A stretch of DNA of 32,000 bases from positions 1 through 32,000 of the forward strand of contig JAUWKS010000008.1 of assembly GCA_030614005.1 (NCBI GenBank), written 5' to 3'. The stretch's first letter is position 1. Every line of letters begins with the position of its first letter. The translations under genes and the position numbers were made by a program. Below, piece by piece: positions 1-9,792 of this stretch. Source of the stretch: Candidatus Heimdallarchaeota archaeon. GTDB taxonomy: Archaea > Asgardarchaeota > Heimdallarchaeia > JABLTI01. The notes beneath the pieces are model-generated. The model was given only the letters and a program-made list of their open reading frames with translations, was not told where the DNA came from and ran no database searches.

Positions 1-244
1 ACTTATGAAATATTCTTGGGTAGTTTACTAGATTAAACTGTAAATCTAGTATATTTACTATTTATTATTAGTTTATATTGTATTCTCTTTCTGCAATTCT
101 ATGAAATTTTTCTTTTAATATTTTTTTCTATTTAGGTGGTTAATCTTTCATTTAAAATTAAAGTATCAATAAAATTTAATTGCTAGTTAGCTTGTTAGCA
201 CTATATCTGAAATTTAGTTTAAACAACATTTACGTGGGAAATTA

Positions 245-1054
245 ATGACAACAATTAGAAAAAAAATTTTGCTTACAAATGATGATGGCATTCGCAGTAG
301 TGGTATTCTAACTCTCTATACAGAGCTCTCAAAGTTTGCAGATGTCACAATTATTGCTGCTGAAACACAGAGAAGTGCCGAGGGTAAAGCAATAACAATC
401 AACAATATTATTCGTTCAGAGAAAATTAACATCACTGAATCAATTGTAGGTTATTCAATTTCAGGAACAACAGCAGATGCAGTTATACTTGGAACGAATA
501 TCCTAGAAGAAGGACCATTTGATTTTGTAGTTTCAGGGATAAATCAGGGTCTCAATATTTCAAATCATATTGTGCTTACAAGTGGAACTTGTGCTGCCTG
601 TTTTGAAGCATCATTCTATAATATACCCGCTGTTGCTTTTTCAATGCATGTTTCTGAGAAAAATTTCTTTGTTTCACCTGATCACAACACCTTTCAAAAA
701 GCGGCTGAAGTTTCTGCTCAAATTGTTAAAGAGTTGCTGCTTAGCACCTATCCAGAAAACCTTGCTTTTATCAATGTAAACTATCCTCAAGATGTTTCTT
801 TAGAGACTGAAAAAAGAAACTCTTTTATGGCAAATAAATTCCTTGATTTTAAACCGGAAGAAAGGCAAGATCCAAGAAATAATAATTACTATTTTATTTG
901 GGGAGATATTGTAAAAGATATACCTCCAGGCAGTGATACAGACACATTAATGCAAAAAAAGGTCAGTATTTCTGCTGTTACAGCAAATCTAAATCTAAAC
1001 GTCAAATCAGAGAATGAACAGTTTGTTGATGATCTAATACAAAAAGTGAAATGA
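245..1054 (+). CDS. surE: 5'/3'-nucleotidase SurE
   Basis: N-terminal ILLTNDDGI motif, QRSAEG, SGTTADAV, VVSGINQGLN, SGT, PAVAFS and DPRNNNYYFIWG all follow the SurE pattern; 269 aa. Confidence 0.93.
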   Translation: MTTIRKKILLTNDDGIRSSGILTLYTELSKFADVTIIAAETQRSAEGKAITINNIIRSEKINITESIVGYSISGTTADAVILGTNILEEGPFDFVVSGINQGLNISNHIVLTSGTCAACFEASFYNIPAVAFSMHVSEKNFFVSPDHNTFQKAAEVSAQIVKELLLSTYPENLAFINVNYPQDVSLETEKRNSFMANKFLDFKPEERQDPRNNNYYFIWGDIVKDIPPGSDTDTLMQKKVSISAVTANLNLNVKSENEQFVDDLIQKVK

Positions 1055-1065
1055 GAGCTAAACTC

Positions 1066-2469
1066 TCATTTTTTTGCTTTTTTTAATGGCCCTATTTTAT
1101 GAAAACGATTTCGCTCGTAGTAGAGATCTATTTGTCCTGTTTTAGTATTTTCTTCGAAAACTATAGGGAGTTTTATTGTCCCCATCGGAAAGTAGAAATT
1201 ATAATCATCAATTGCATCTGATAATGGTATGATTGGAAAAATAGTTTCAGGGTAGTCTTCAAATTTACCAAATAATGCTAATCCTTGTTTTGAAACTGAA
1301 ATTTTTGTTAATCCTTTATACGTTTGATATTCTCCAACAAATTTACCTAATTTATTATCAAGTTGCAATGCAGGGTGATCAGTTTGTGGATTTTTCCCTA
1401 ATAATGCAGCTAAGAATACTTGAGTAAGTAAATCACCTTGAGTATTACCAACATTACCTAGCACAATTACACCTATTTTTTTCTCAGGTATCATTGCAAG
1501 CATGGCACTAGAAACACCAGTAGAGCCCCCATGCTGAACAATTGTCTCACCGAAGAAATCCTCTATTGTTGACCAACCAAGAGCATATTGCTGTTTACCA
1601 AAGAATCCAGGCAAAGTTTCTATTTGAGGTTTCCACCATTGTTTTTGTGCTGCTGCTTTGATGATTTGTTTATCTTTGAATTTCCCATCATTCATACACA
1701 TTATCAAATAATTACTTAGTTCATTAACTGAGCTAATAAGACCCCCTGCGGCATATATCAAATTATCAAAAGGGTGAATCGTTTCTTTGAATTTCTTATC
1801 TTTATCTGTAAAATAGGCAGTCATAGTATCCCCATCTTTTTCAAATTCCGCTCTAGTAAAAATAGAACGGGTCATTTCAAGAGGAGCTAAAATATTCTTT
1901 TTGATATAGTCTACATAGGGTTCACCTGATAGTTTCTCTATGATTAGTCCTAACATTGCAAAAGCAGAATTATTGTAAAAGTATCTCTTTCCTGGGATAT
2001 CTGCAATTTCATTTTGAGCATTATTTACATGCATCATAAAATCATCTATATTACTCATAGGAACAAACGTTTCTTCAAAACCTGAAATCCTTTTTATAAG
2101 AACAGTTGCCATTCCCAGACTTGGTATTCCAGATGAATGAGACATTATGTGTTTAATTTTTATTGGATTATCTTTCATACCTATTTTTAGAGGCAAGTAT
2201 TTACTTACTGGATCGTTGATATCCAGTTTACCTTCATCAGCTAATTGTAGAATTGCGAGAGTAGTAAATGATTTTGTACAAGAACCTATTCCATATAACG
2301 TATCAACCGTTGCAGGAGCATTTTCTTTCAACAGCTTTCCACCAAAGGCTTTGGAATAAATCATCTTTCCATCTTTTACCACACCGATAACAATGCTAGG
2401 AATTTTTGATTCCTGCATTAAAATTGGTATTAATCCTTCTATTTGTTCAAAAACATTTATTTCGGACAT
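1066..2469 (-). CDS. Serine hydrolase, beta-lactamase class C/AmpC-like family, with C-terminal extension
   Basis: SxxK (GSCTKSFT), MSHSSG, YxN (YFYNNSAF), AGGLISS and HGG motifs in the expected order; about 100-aa extra C-terminal domain. Confidence 0.88.
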   Translation of the reverse strand: MSEINVFEQIEGLIPILMQESKIPSIVIGVVKDGKMIYSKAFGGKLLKENAPATVDTLYGIGSCTKSFTTLAILQLADEGKLDINDPVSKYLPLKIGMKDNPIKIKHIMSHSSGIPSLGMATVLIKRISGFEETFVPMSNIDDFMMHVNNAQNEIADIPGKRYFYNNSAFAMLGLIIEKLSGEPYVDYIKKNILAPLEMTRSIFTRAEFEKDGDTMTAYFTDKDKKFKETIHPFDNLIYAAGGLISSVNELSNYLIMCMNDGKFKDKQIIKAAAQKQWWKPQIETLPGFFGKQQYALGWSTIEDFFGETIVQHGGSTGVSSAMLAMIPEKKIGVIVLGNVGNTQGDLLTQVFLAALLGKNPQTDHPALQLDNKLGKFVGEYQTYKGLTKISVSKQGLALFGKFEDYPETIFPIIPLSDAIDDYNFYFPMGTIKLPIVFEENTKTGQIDLYYERNRFHKIGPLKKAKK

Positions 2470-2627
2470 TTCAAACCACCAAAAATACTATTGATTATTG
2501 ATTTAATTAGCTATTAAATTTTTCTCAGAATAAATGAAAAGGTCACTATCAAAAGGGTTTTAAAAACTAAAAAACTCTTTTCAATTGTGTTTAGTAATTT
2601 ATTATACTAAGGAGACCAAGAAGAACT

Positions 2628-3113
2628 ATGTCGAAAGCTAGTAAATTATCTGTTGAAATTGAGAAGAAATTAGCAAAAAATGCTACCTGTTCTCGAAGTC
2701 AAATGTTATCAATTATTATAGAAGAATTGGTTAAAGCTGGAAAACTGCGTTCTTGTGTTATGACTGATGAGAATGGTTTGTTTATGTCTGAAAAAATTCA
2801 TCCTCTTGCAGAAGAGGAAAATCTTTCCGCAGTTAGTGCTCTTTCCGGAGAATTCTCCGAACGTGTTAGTGATTATTTAAAAATCGGATTATTAAATTAT
2901 TTATATATTGAATCAGGAAATACCAAAGTTTGGACCAAAGTTATTAAATTGCCACATACAAATGAACAATATATTTTAATGGCTACAAAAGATAATTCAT
3001 TACTTGAAAAACTTAGTAAAGCTGATGCTGAAACACTACATAGAAGGAAAAAACTTGTTGCAGCACTATTAGATGTTGCTGCAGAATGGATTAAAACTGC
3101 TTGTAAAGATTAA
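2628..3113 (+). CDS. Roadblock/LC7 (MglB-like) domain protein
   Basis: Helix followed by CVMTDENGLFMS, EENLSAVSALS helix and beta strands (YLYIESGNTKVW...YILMAT) matches the roadblock/profilin-like topology; AAGGAG upstream. Confidence 0.7.
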   Translation: MSKASKLSVEIEKKLAKNATCSRSQMLSIIIEELVKAGKLRSCVMTDENGLFMSEKIHPLAEEENLSAVSALSGEFSERVSDYLKIGLLNYLYIESGNTKVWTKVIKLPHTNEQYILMATKDNSLLEKLSKADAETLHRRKKLVAALLDVAAEWIKTACKD

Positions 3114-3222
3114 TTTTTTCTTTCCTATCACTCCTTTTTTCTGTGTTTATTTTTTCATTAAATTTTAGATTCATTGTAAATATATTAACTAAATGTTTAT
3201 ACAAATATCGAATTGATATATT

Positions 3223-3285
3223 TTTAAAAAACTTAATTAACTTTTTATACATCACCAACTATCGTCGATAAATCGACGAAGATTT
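3223..3285 (+). repeat. Left copy of a 63-bp inverted repeat containing the palindrome TCGTCGAT-AA-ATCGACGA (3262-3279)
   Basis: Manual alignment: 61/63 identical to the reverse complement of 10543-10605; weaker similarity continues outward to about 3195 and 10629. Confidence 0.95.
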
Positions 3286-3307
3286 AAGTCTTAAAAAAAT
3301 AGGACTT
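3286..3307. repeat. Palindromic module B, copy 1: AAGTCTTA-N6-TAGGACTT
   Basis: 8-6-8 inverted arms with one mismatch; related copies at 6273-6294 and 10323-10344. Confidence 0.8.
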
Positions 3308-3344
3308 GAGCGTAACAAGAAAAAATGAAAAGGGTTAAGCTAAA

Positions 3345-5516
3345 TTACATTATTAGCTCATCAATTTCTTTTTGAAGCCATTTATAAAATGGTTGACTTT
3401 CATTTAACACTTTATTTAGTTCTATTTTCTCTTCACTTAAATATTGAACAATTTCTTTTGATAAAGTGTTAAGTTTCATAATCGAATCATAATTTTCTTG
3501 AGATACAATAAAAGCTAAATCTAGATCTTCATTGACCTTTTGGAATAAGATTATATTATTGCCTCGACTTATTGAAAAGTAAGATTCTGTTGTACCGAAT
3601 AGTTGTTTCCCAAATGAATCTATAGCAGAAATAAAGTTAGAGATTAATTGTTGGTTCATTTTTTGAACATCAAAAACTTTTGTATAAATGGTCAAACCTG
3701 CTGAATTAATCAACAACATTAATTTTATATCTGCTTTTATTGGATCTACTTGTTGAGGTAAGGAAACGAGTTCTTGTAAAGATTTTTCTATTATATACAT
3801 AATGAAGACTTGTTGTGCATCTTTGTTATTTGCTATTTCATTTATTATTGCTTCAGATGAAATATCTGCTGACTCAGCATCATCCTCTGCGTCCATACTT
3901 TTCTTTGAAAATTCGAGGAGTTGTTCCATCATTTCTTTATTTCTTCTGATTGAGTCACTCTTTATTTCAGGTATTTTTTCTAATAAGCTTGCTACTTTGT
4001 CAAAATTTTTGTTCAATAATTCATACCCTGCTAAAATAATATTTTTTGCTGCAATAAATTCCGGTAGGTCCAATGCGCCAATTAAAGTAAACAACTCGTT
4101 AAATCTTTTTCTAGCAGATTTCAAAAATCGTTCTTTTCCAGTTAACTTGTAGAAGCCTAAATCCATTTCAGTTAAGTTAAAGAGAGAGCCTAATGCATTA
4201 AGATAATCCTTTTGTTTATTGAAATTGTAAAGGCATTCTTCACCCCACATGTATGCTTCTTCTGAATTTATCTGAGCTCCTAGATAAAAGCCCATTTTTG
4301 CTCCTGCTAGAATAGCCTTATTGAATAATGTGGGTTGTTCTCCAACTTTTTCTTCTAACTTTGTTAGATATTTTTTAGCAAGTAAGTTTTCATCTAATGC
4401 TAATGCATTGGATGATACTGCGTAAGCTCTAAATGGCGTAATTAAATCTTCACTAGATTCAAGAATTTCTACTAATTGCATTAAGTACTTTCTAGCATCT
4501 GCTTTTTTGTTTGCTTGTTGATAAAGACCAATCAAATTACTAAGTGTTGAAGCTATTGATTGCAAATCTTCTGTACTTTCCAAAAGCTCCAATGCTTTAT
4601 GATAAGCATCCAAACACTTTTCTGGACTAGTCAAAGAATGCATATAAGCAAGATTGTGGTAAAATGTTGATTTCCAAGAATTTCTACTATGTACTTTTTT
4701 ATGAAGTTTAATTGCTTTTTCTAAACGCTTAACCGCTTTAGTTGGTTGTCCAGCTTGATAATACAACATTGCAGCTACATGTAAAACGTTAGCTTTCATG
4801 ACTGCACTTTTACACATATTCAATACTTCTTGATTCTCAGGTTTTTCAAAATATGCTATTGCAGAATCAAGATTTTTTGAGGTCATTAAAAATTGAGTTT
4901 GTTGGGTGATTATCCGTGAAGCAAGTTCAGTAATATAAATAATTTCTTTCTCTTGGACCCATTTTAAAACACGTCTGCAAATAGGTTCAACTTTTTCATA
5001 AATATCAGGTACCTTTTGGAATTCCTGTTTTAATGAGTAGAACATCATTTCTAAGCTAAAGCTCTGTAAATCAAGAATTATTTTCGCTAATTTATCTGCA
5101 GCAACTAATCTAGTAAGGATAGTATTTCGATCAGCATCATTGAGTCTGATAATATTTATGACTTCATCAATGCCATCAAAAATCCCTTTATTAACATCTT
5201 GCAGGATTTTATAGAATTTCAATTCAGGGGAATTGGGATAGAATTCTAGCATTTCAATTATCAGATTGTCTTTTTGTAAATCAGTTGCAATTTGTGAAAA
5301 CATAATAAAAACTATGGAGGAAATATCATCTCCTTTGTATTTCTCCAAATACTTTTGTAAGCCAAGTAGATATTTCTCATAATTGTCTTTTAAATCAACA
5401 AAATCTGTTTTTATAATCTTTAATATTCCTGATTTTTCAAGCGGTGAAATAATATTGAATATTGATTGATATTCTATAGGTATGATGTCTTTTGCTTCAA
5501 AACTCATATAATTCAA
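3345..5516 (-). CDS. TPR-repeat protein with C-terminal longin-like domain
   Basis: TPR-like helices (e.g. FYHNLAYMHS...CLDAYHKALELLE, ASTLSNLIGLY); C-terminal IKLMLLINSAGLTIYTKVF...LISNFISAIDSFGKQLF...IILFQK...LAFIV is a longin pattern. The real start may be ATG 5507 (GAGG 9 nt upstream). Confidence 0.75.
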   Translation of the reverse strand: MNYMSFEAKDIIPIEYQSIFNIISPLEKSGILKIIKTDFVDLKDNYEKYLLGLQKYLEKYKGDDISSIVFIMFSQIATDLQKDNLIIEMLEFYPNSPELKFYKILQDVNKGIFDGIDEVINIIRLNDADRNTILTRLVAADKLAKIILDLQSFSLEMMFYSLKQEFQKVPDIYEKVEPICRRVLKWVQEKEIIYITELASRIITQQTQFLMTSKNLDSAIAYFEKPENQEVLNMCKSAVMKANVLHVAAMLYYQAGQPTKAVKRLEKAIKLHKKVHSRNSWKSTFYHNLAYMHSLTSPEKCLDAYHKALELLESTEDLQSIASTLSNLIGLYQQANKKADARKYLMQLVEILESSEDLITPFRAYAVSSNALALDENLLAKKYLTKLEEKVGEQPTLFNKAILAGAKMGFYLGAQINSEEAYMWGEECLYNFNKQKDYLNALGSLFNLTEMDLGFYKLTGKERFLKSARKRFNELFTLIGALDLPEFIAAKNIILAGYELLNKNFDKVASLLEKIPEIKSDSIRRNKEMMEQLLEFSKKSMDAEDDAESADISSEAIINEIANNKDAQQVFIMYIIEKSLQELVSLPQQVDPIKADIKLMLLINSAGLTIYTKVFDVQKMNQQLISNFISAIDSFGKQLFGTTESYFSISRGNNIILFQKVNEDLDLAFIVSQENYDSIMKLNTLSKEIVQYLSEEKIELNKVLNESQPFYKWLQKEIDELIM

Positions 5517-5653
5517 CCTCGAATATGCTCTTCTATTGCAGTAATTCCCTTTTACATTAGCTATTATTATTTATACTCTTTCGGTAACCGCAAAAAGCTA
5601 AAAAACAGCTAATTTGACATAAAAAAAGTAGTTATTCTACAAGTGCAAGTGAG

Positions 5654-6208
5654 TTATACTTTAGTTATATACCCAGATAAATCTCGAGAACAAACAGGAC
5701 AATCTTTATCATTGATTAGCCATTTCTCTAAATGGTTTTTGTGAAAGAGTGATTCACAGAACGGGCAAGTACAAATTAACTGATCCTCACTACAAGTTAA
5801 TTTACAAATGCTACATCTTTGTCTATCAATTTTCCCAGCATAAATTAAGGAATCTAGTCTAATTTTACCAGTTGATTTACTAAGTGTTCTAGGTTTAACA
5901 CTTGATGTACTATTAGCTTGTTCTGTTGCTCTTTGCTGTCGCGTCCTAGCGCTTGTTTGACGTGCAGCTGCTTTTTGCTCTTTGAGAACTTTTTTCTTTT
6001 GTTTATTCAACAAGAAGATTATTCCCCAAATACTTAACCCGATTAATGCTATCCCTATAGATACATATAGAACTATATTTGCAATTAGAACATCAATAGC
6101 TAGAATTTCTAAAAATACTAAGAAAACAAAGAGAAATACCGCAACATAAACCGTGAGTATAACACCTGTAATTATGGTTCTCTTTTTCTTATCGCTCTTC
6201 TGTGACAT
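5654..6208 (-). CDS. Membrane-anchored RING-variant zinc finger protein (putative E3 ligase)
   Basis: Two N-terminal hydrophobic helices, basic linker, then C-x2-C-x12-C-x2-C-x4-H-x2-H-x10-C-x2-C with the RING-typical LxxW and CPVC. Confidence 0.85.
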   Translation of the reverse strand: MSQKSDKKKRTIITGVILTVYVAVFLFVFLVFLEILAIDVLIANIVLYVSIGIALIGLSIWGIIFLLNKQKKKVLKEQKAAARQTSARTRQQRATEQANSTSSVKPRTLSKSTGKIRLDSLIYAGKIDRQRCSICKLTCSEDQLICTCPFCESLFHKNHLEKWLINDKDCPVCSRDLSGYITKV

Positions 6209-6272
6209 AATATCTCTAATTAAATCGGGATACTATCCAATAAAAAAGTATCTTTTTACTAAAAAAAGGTTA

Positions 6273-6294
6273 AAGTCTTAAATTTTTAAGACCG
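6273..6294. repeat. Palindromic module B, copy 2: AAGTCTTA-AATTTT-TAAGACCG
   Basis: GTCTTA-N6-TAAGAC core, intergenic between the two RING genes. Confidence 0.6.
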
Positions 6295-6329
6295 CCACTT
6301 TTTTCAGCTATATTTCTTTCAAAATATTC

Positions 6330-6887
6330 CTACTCTTTGAGTGAGTTATTGCATACAGGACAAACATCGGCCATTTGTAGCCAATCTAGTAAATGTTCTT
6401 CATGAAAATATGATCGGCAAAAAGGACATATCAAGGTTTTTTGGTTTTTTCTAAGAGCTAATTTGCAAACCATACACAAATAATCCTCTGAAACATCAAT
6501 AAAAGCTAATGAGTGTAGAGGAATAATCTTTTTCTTAGTATACTTCTTCTTCTGATCTAATCGTCTTCTACTCGCATCTACTTGTTGATTGTAGCTGTGT
6601 CTATTTCTAAGATTTGTAGAAGATGTGGAGGATTGAGTGCGAGAACGTATCTTATTTTCTTTCTCTCTTCGATTTAAAACGATTAAACCAATCAAAAATA
6701 CTATTAAAAATATCCCAGAAATAGCTGCTGTAACGATTCCAAATACAAAAGTTGTACTAAAAACGGATAAACGCAGAACAATAGCAACAAAAGAAATAAT
6801 TATACAAATGGCCATAAAACTATAGAATTTCGGATTATCCTTTCTATTTCTCATAAAATTTATCTCAATCTTTGCATTTAAATTCAT
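6330..6887 (-). CDS. Membrane-anchored RING-variant zinc finger protein, paralog 2
   Basis: Two hydrophobic helices, basic linker, same Cys/His spacing as 5654-6208 (CMVC...CPFC...FHEEHLLDWL...CPVC). The start may be ATG 6854. Confidence 0.85.
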   Translation of the reverse strand: MNLNAKIEINFMRNRKDNPKFYSFMAICIIISFVAIVLRLSVFSTTFVFGIVTAAISGIFLIVFLIGLIVLNRREKENKIRSRTQSSTSSTNLRNRHSYNQQVDASRRRLDQKKKYTKKKIIPLHSLAFIDVSEDYLCMVCKLALRKNQKTLICPFCRSYFHEEHLLDWLQMADVCPVCNNSLKE

Positions 6888-7316
6888 TAAAGTATGCTTC
6901 TAGCTATATTTACTAATCATTTGGTCTACCCTTTTTCTTAGTGAATAGGTTCCGTCTTATATATAAATGCCTTTAAATAGAGCCTATTTGATAATGGGTA
7001 TTATCATATAACCATAAAAAAACGAAAAAACTGATATTTTTTGCTTTTTTCTTTTCCATGTCCAGCTAAATCTGATTAATCTAATTGGGAAAATAATACT
7101 CACTATATTTAAGAAGAAGAACAGTTTTTCTACTGAGATTTCTAAACGATAGAAAAAAATAATTGGACAAAAACTCGAATTTTTTTTATTTTTTGCAAAT
7201 ATTTTTTGTCCTTCGACGTAATTGGTTTTTTTGAGAAATGATTTTATACTCTCATCGCTTTATTATTCAGATTACTTCTCTTTGGAGAGAGAAAATCAGA
7301 GAAAGAAATTTGACTT

Positions 7317-8918
7317 ATGATATTTATGCTTGCAATTTTCGCATTAATACCCATTACATCAGTCATTGCTGAAGCAGTAAAAGTGGGTGACCCAGCAATT
7401 GAATATGTATCTTCTAAGTTAAGGGTACCTGAAGAGATACAAAAATTATCTGCTAATGAGACTGTGACAGATGCAGTATATTATCTCGATGTTGAATTGC
7501 AAACGACAAGAAGAATGGCAGCGTATGTGAATGGTACTTTATCATTTAGAGAAAACTTACGTGATTATGGTATGGAAAGTGGTATTCGTTTGAATAGAAA
7601 CCTGTCTATCACAAAAGATTTCAGCGTTTGGTCGAGTTTAAGTGTAGCTGAGGTGAAAACTACAACAACGCCTTTTGTTATTACCGGTCTAAATTCAATA
7701 CCCGAAAAAATGGTTTTTGTTTTAGAACTAAACAGTACTAATCCATACGATGAAAAAGCATATAGTGAAACAATAGAATTTACCGTACTGACATCATTAA
7801 CAACTATTGATATCACAACTATAATGAGTCCAAGTGATCAATATAAAGGAATTCAAGTACCAATCAATATTTACATTAAAAATACAGGCCCTTATGCTAC
7901 AAGTGGTTATGTTACTTCTCATGTAAGGGTAACATCAACAAAAGCAGGTCGAACGAATGATCCTTTTGAAAACACCAATGGACCTATTGTTCTCATTGAT
8001 GTTAAAACATTCTCACTTACTATCAACCCAAACCAAATTAAATCGGTCTATTTCAAAATAGATTATAGTGGCTATAGTAATAGGGCAATGAATATTGGTG
8101 AGTGGAAAATCTCAAGGGTAACCATTGATACCGGCAATGCTTGGGATGATGTAGATGAGGATTATGCAAACTTCGGTCAACATATTAGCGACCCATATTA
8201 TGAAGTGCTTAATAGACCTAAAACCATGCAAGCTCATCCTGTGTTCATGTATTTTCTTTGGAATTCAGGAGGAACTGGTGCTGATTGGGGTGGAACAAAT
8301 CCGAAACCATGGATCATTAATGGTAATGGTGATGGAGATGTTTCTGCAGGTTTGTGGCGTTTTGGAACTGTTGCCAGTAACATCCCCGTTGTTTTTAACA
8401 TAATATTTTGTTACGAAGATTCATCTTGGAGCATTCCATTATCTTGTGGTAAATCCAGTGAAATGTTTGATCATGGTGAAGATTATGTTGGTGACCAATT
8501 GAATACTTGTTTTCCTGATGGCACTTGGAAAGAAAGTGGAGCATATTTATGTAGGGATAATTGTGGCTTTGATATACTTCTCATGGTTGCAGGCAGAAGT
8601 GGAGGTTGGGATGCTATGGGATTGGCTCAGAGCAATAGAGCAATCGTTTGTAAAGATGGCAAATCAACTTCAACCATTTATTGGAAAAGAAACATTGATG
8701 GTGTAGCTCAACATGAGATTTCCCATTTATTTGGATGTGAAGATTATCCGCCTCATCCAAGAACACCGTGTATTATGTACTATAGCGCTTCTTGGCCATG
8801 GGCAGATTATGTTCATGAGAAATCTATATTATCTTGGGCACAGCAATACCCTTATTGGTGCTCTGACTGTCAAGCTTTCTTTGACTCTAATTGGGATAGA
8901 TTTAGCAGTGTAAATTAG
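7317..8918 (+). CDS. Secreted zinc metallopeptidase, metzincin (reprolysin/M12B-like), with Ig-like N-terminal region
   Basis: Hydrophobic signal-like N-terminus; beta-rich middle (VPINIYIKNTG); DILLMVAG...GLAQ...IVC, HEISHLFGCED (HExxHxxGxxD), Met-turn CIM and WCSDC. Confidence 0.75.
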   Translation: MIFMLAIFALIPITSVIAEAVKVGDPAIEYVSSKLRVPEEIQKLSANETVTDAVYYLDVELQTTRRMAAYVNGTLSFRENLRDYGMESGIRLNRNLSITKDFSVWSSLSVAEVKTTTTPFVITGLNSIPEKMVFVLELNSTNPYDEKAYSETIEFTVLTSLTTIDITTIMSPSDQYKGIQVPINIYIKNTGPYATSGYVTSHVRVTSTKAGRTNDPFENTNGPIVLIDVKTFSLTINPNQIKSVYFKIDYSGYSNRAMNIGEWKISRVTIDTGNAWDDVDEDYANFGQHISDPYYEVLNRPKTMQAHPVFMYFLWNSGGTGADWGGTNPKPWIINGNGDGDVSAGLWRFGTVASNIPVVFNIIFCYEDSSWSIPLSCGKSSEMFDHGEDYVGDQLNTCFPDGTWKESGAYLCRDNCGFDILLMVAGRSGGWDAMGLAQSNRAIVCKDGKSTSTIYWKRNIDGVAQHEISHLFGCEDYPPHPRTPCIMYYSASWPWADYVHEKSILSWAQQYPYWCSDCQAFFDSNWDRFSSVN

Positions 8919-8987
8919 AAAAGAGAAGAGTTTTTGTTCATTATGAACAAACATTCTCTTCTTTTTATTATTGGAGGTCGTTTAGCC

Positions 8988-9629
8988 TTGAATGAAAAAG
9001 AAATGGAACAAAAAGAAAAACAAGCAATAAAGACTATACAATGGAGAAAAAGAATATTTTTTCTTTTAACGATATGCCTTGCATTACTATTATGTAATTC
9101 ACAGATAACAAACCATTTGTCTATTATTTCCAATAGTTTTGGTGCTGAGAGCTCTTTCACAAATGAAAGATTAGCTACAAACGAAGAGATACATAAGGAA
9201 TTTCTCTATGAATGGAACGATGGTGAATGTTATTTGGGTACAATAATGCTTCCAATTGGATCCGTTATTCAAATTAACTATACTGTTTTATTGTCTTCGA
9301 ATTCAAGTGTCTTTTTTGTGCCTGTCTTTAAAGACAAAGTAGACAGATTGTGGGATCCCGTACCAAGTAATCTTACACTTGCTCCTGGAGATTCTTTTGC
9401 AGAAATATACACAGTACTTGTAGGAACTTCATCAGGTAGTTCTGAATTTGCATATTACGCTTCAGTAATAACAGAAAATTCTTCTGCTACTATTCATTGG
9501 TGGTATGAAGTGCATAAAACAGGTAAAATATCTGCTGCAGGCATTCTTGTTTTAAGTGGTACGCTAATCCTAATATCCTTTGTAACAATTTTACACTCCA
9601 AAAGAAAAACTATTAAAATTAACGGGTAG
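8988..9629 (+). CDS. Membrane protein of unknown function (N- and C-terminal hydrophobic helices, beta-rich central domain)
   Basis: In frame with track ORF 8934-9629; TTG at 8988 is preceded by GGAGGT; RRIFFLLTICLALLLC and AAGILVLSGTLILISFVTILHSKRK segments. Confidence 0.6.
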   Translation: MNEKEMEQKEKQAIKTIQWRKRIFFLLTICLALLLCNSQITNHLSIISNSFGAESSFTNERLATNEEIHKEFLYEWNDGECYLGTIMLPIGSVIQINYTVLLSSNSSVFFVPVFKDKVDRLWDPVPSNLTLAPGDSFAEIYTVLVGTSSGSSEFAYYASVITENSSATIHWWYEVHKTGKISAAGILVLSGTLILISFVTILHSKRKTIKING

Positions 9630-9792
9630 TTTTTCTTCTACATCTTTTTTTTTATCCTTTAATCGTCATTCCTTTTCCCCTCAATAACTCTATCAAATAT
9701 CTATTTCATTGTGTATATCTTTTTTGCTTCTCTGTCCTTTTATACTCCTCTAAGCATTTCAAAGTAATTATTGACTTAATAAACCAAAACCT

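Noticed and set aside
1066-2469. Antibiotic-resistance beta-lactamase call
   Set aside because: The motifs define only the broad serine hydrolase/peptidase family; the substrate cannot be inferred.
3126-3140. Strong RBS-like AGGAGTGATA on the minus strand
   Set aside because: Followed only by a short GTG-initiated frame antisense to the roadblock gene; better explained as the T-rich 3' region of that gene.
570-4152. Short track ORFs 570-779, 2147-2359 and 3802-4152
   Set aside because: They lie wholly inside well-supported genes in another frame or antisense and have no motifs.
7205-7225. Possible half copy of palindrome A (TTCGACGTAATTGG)
   Set aside because: Only a short gapped match to one arm; indistinguishable from chance.
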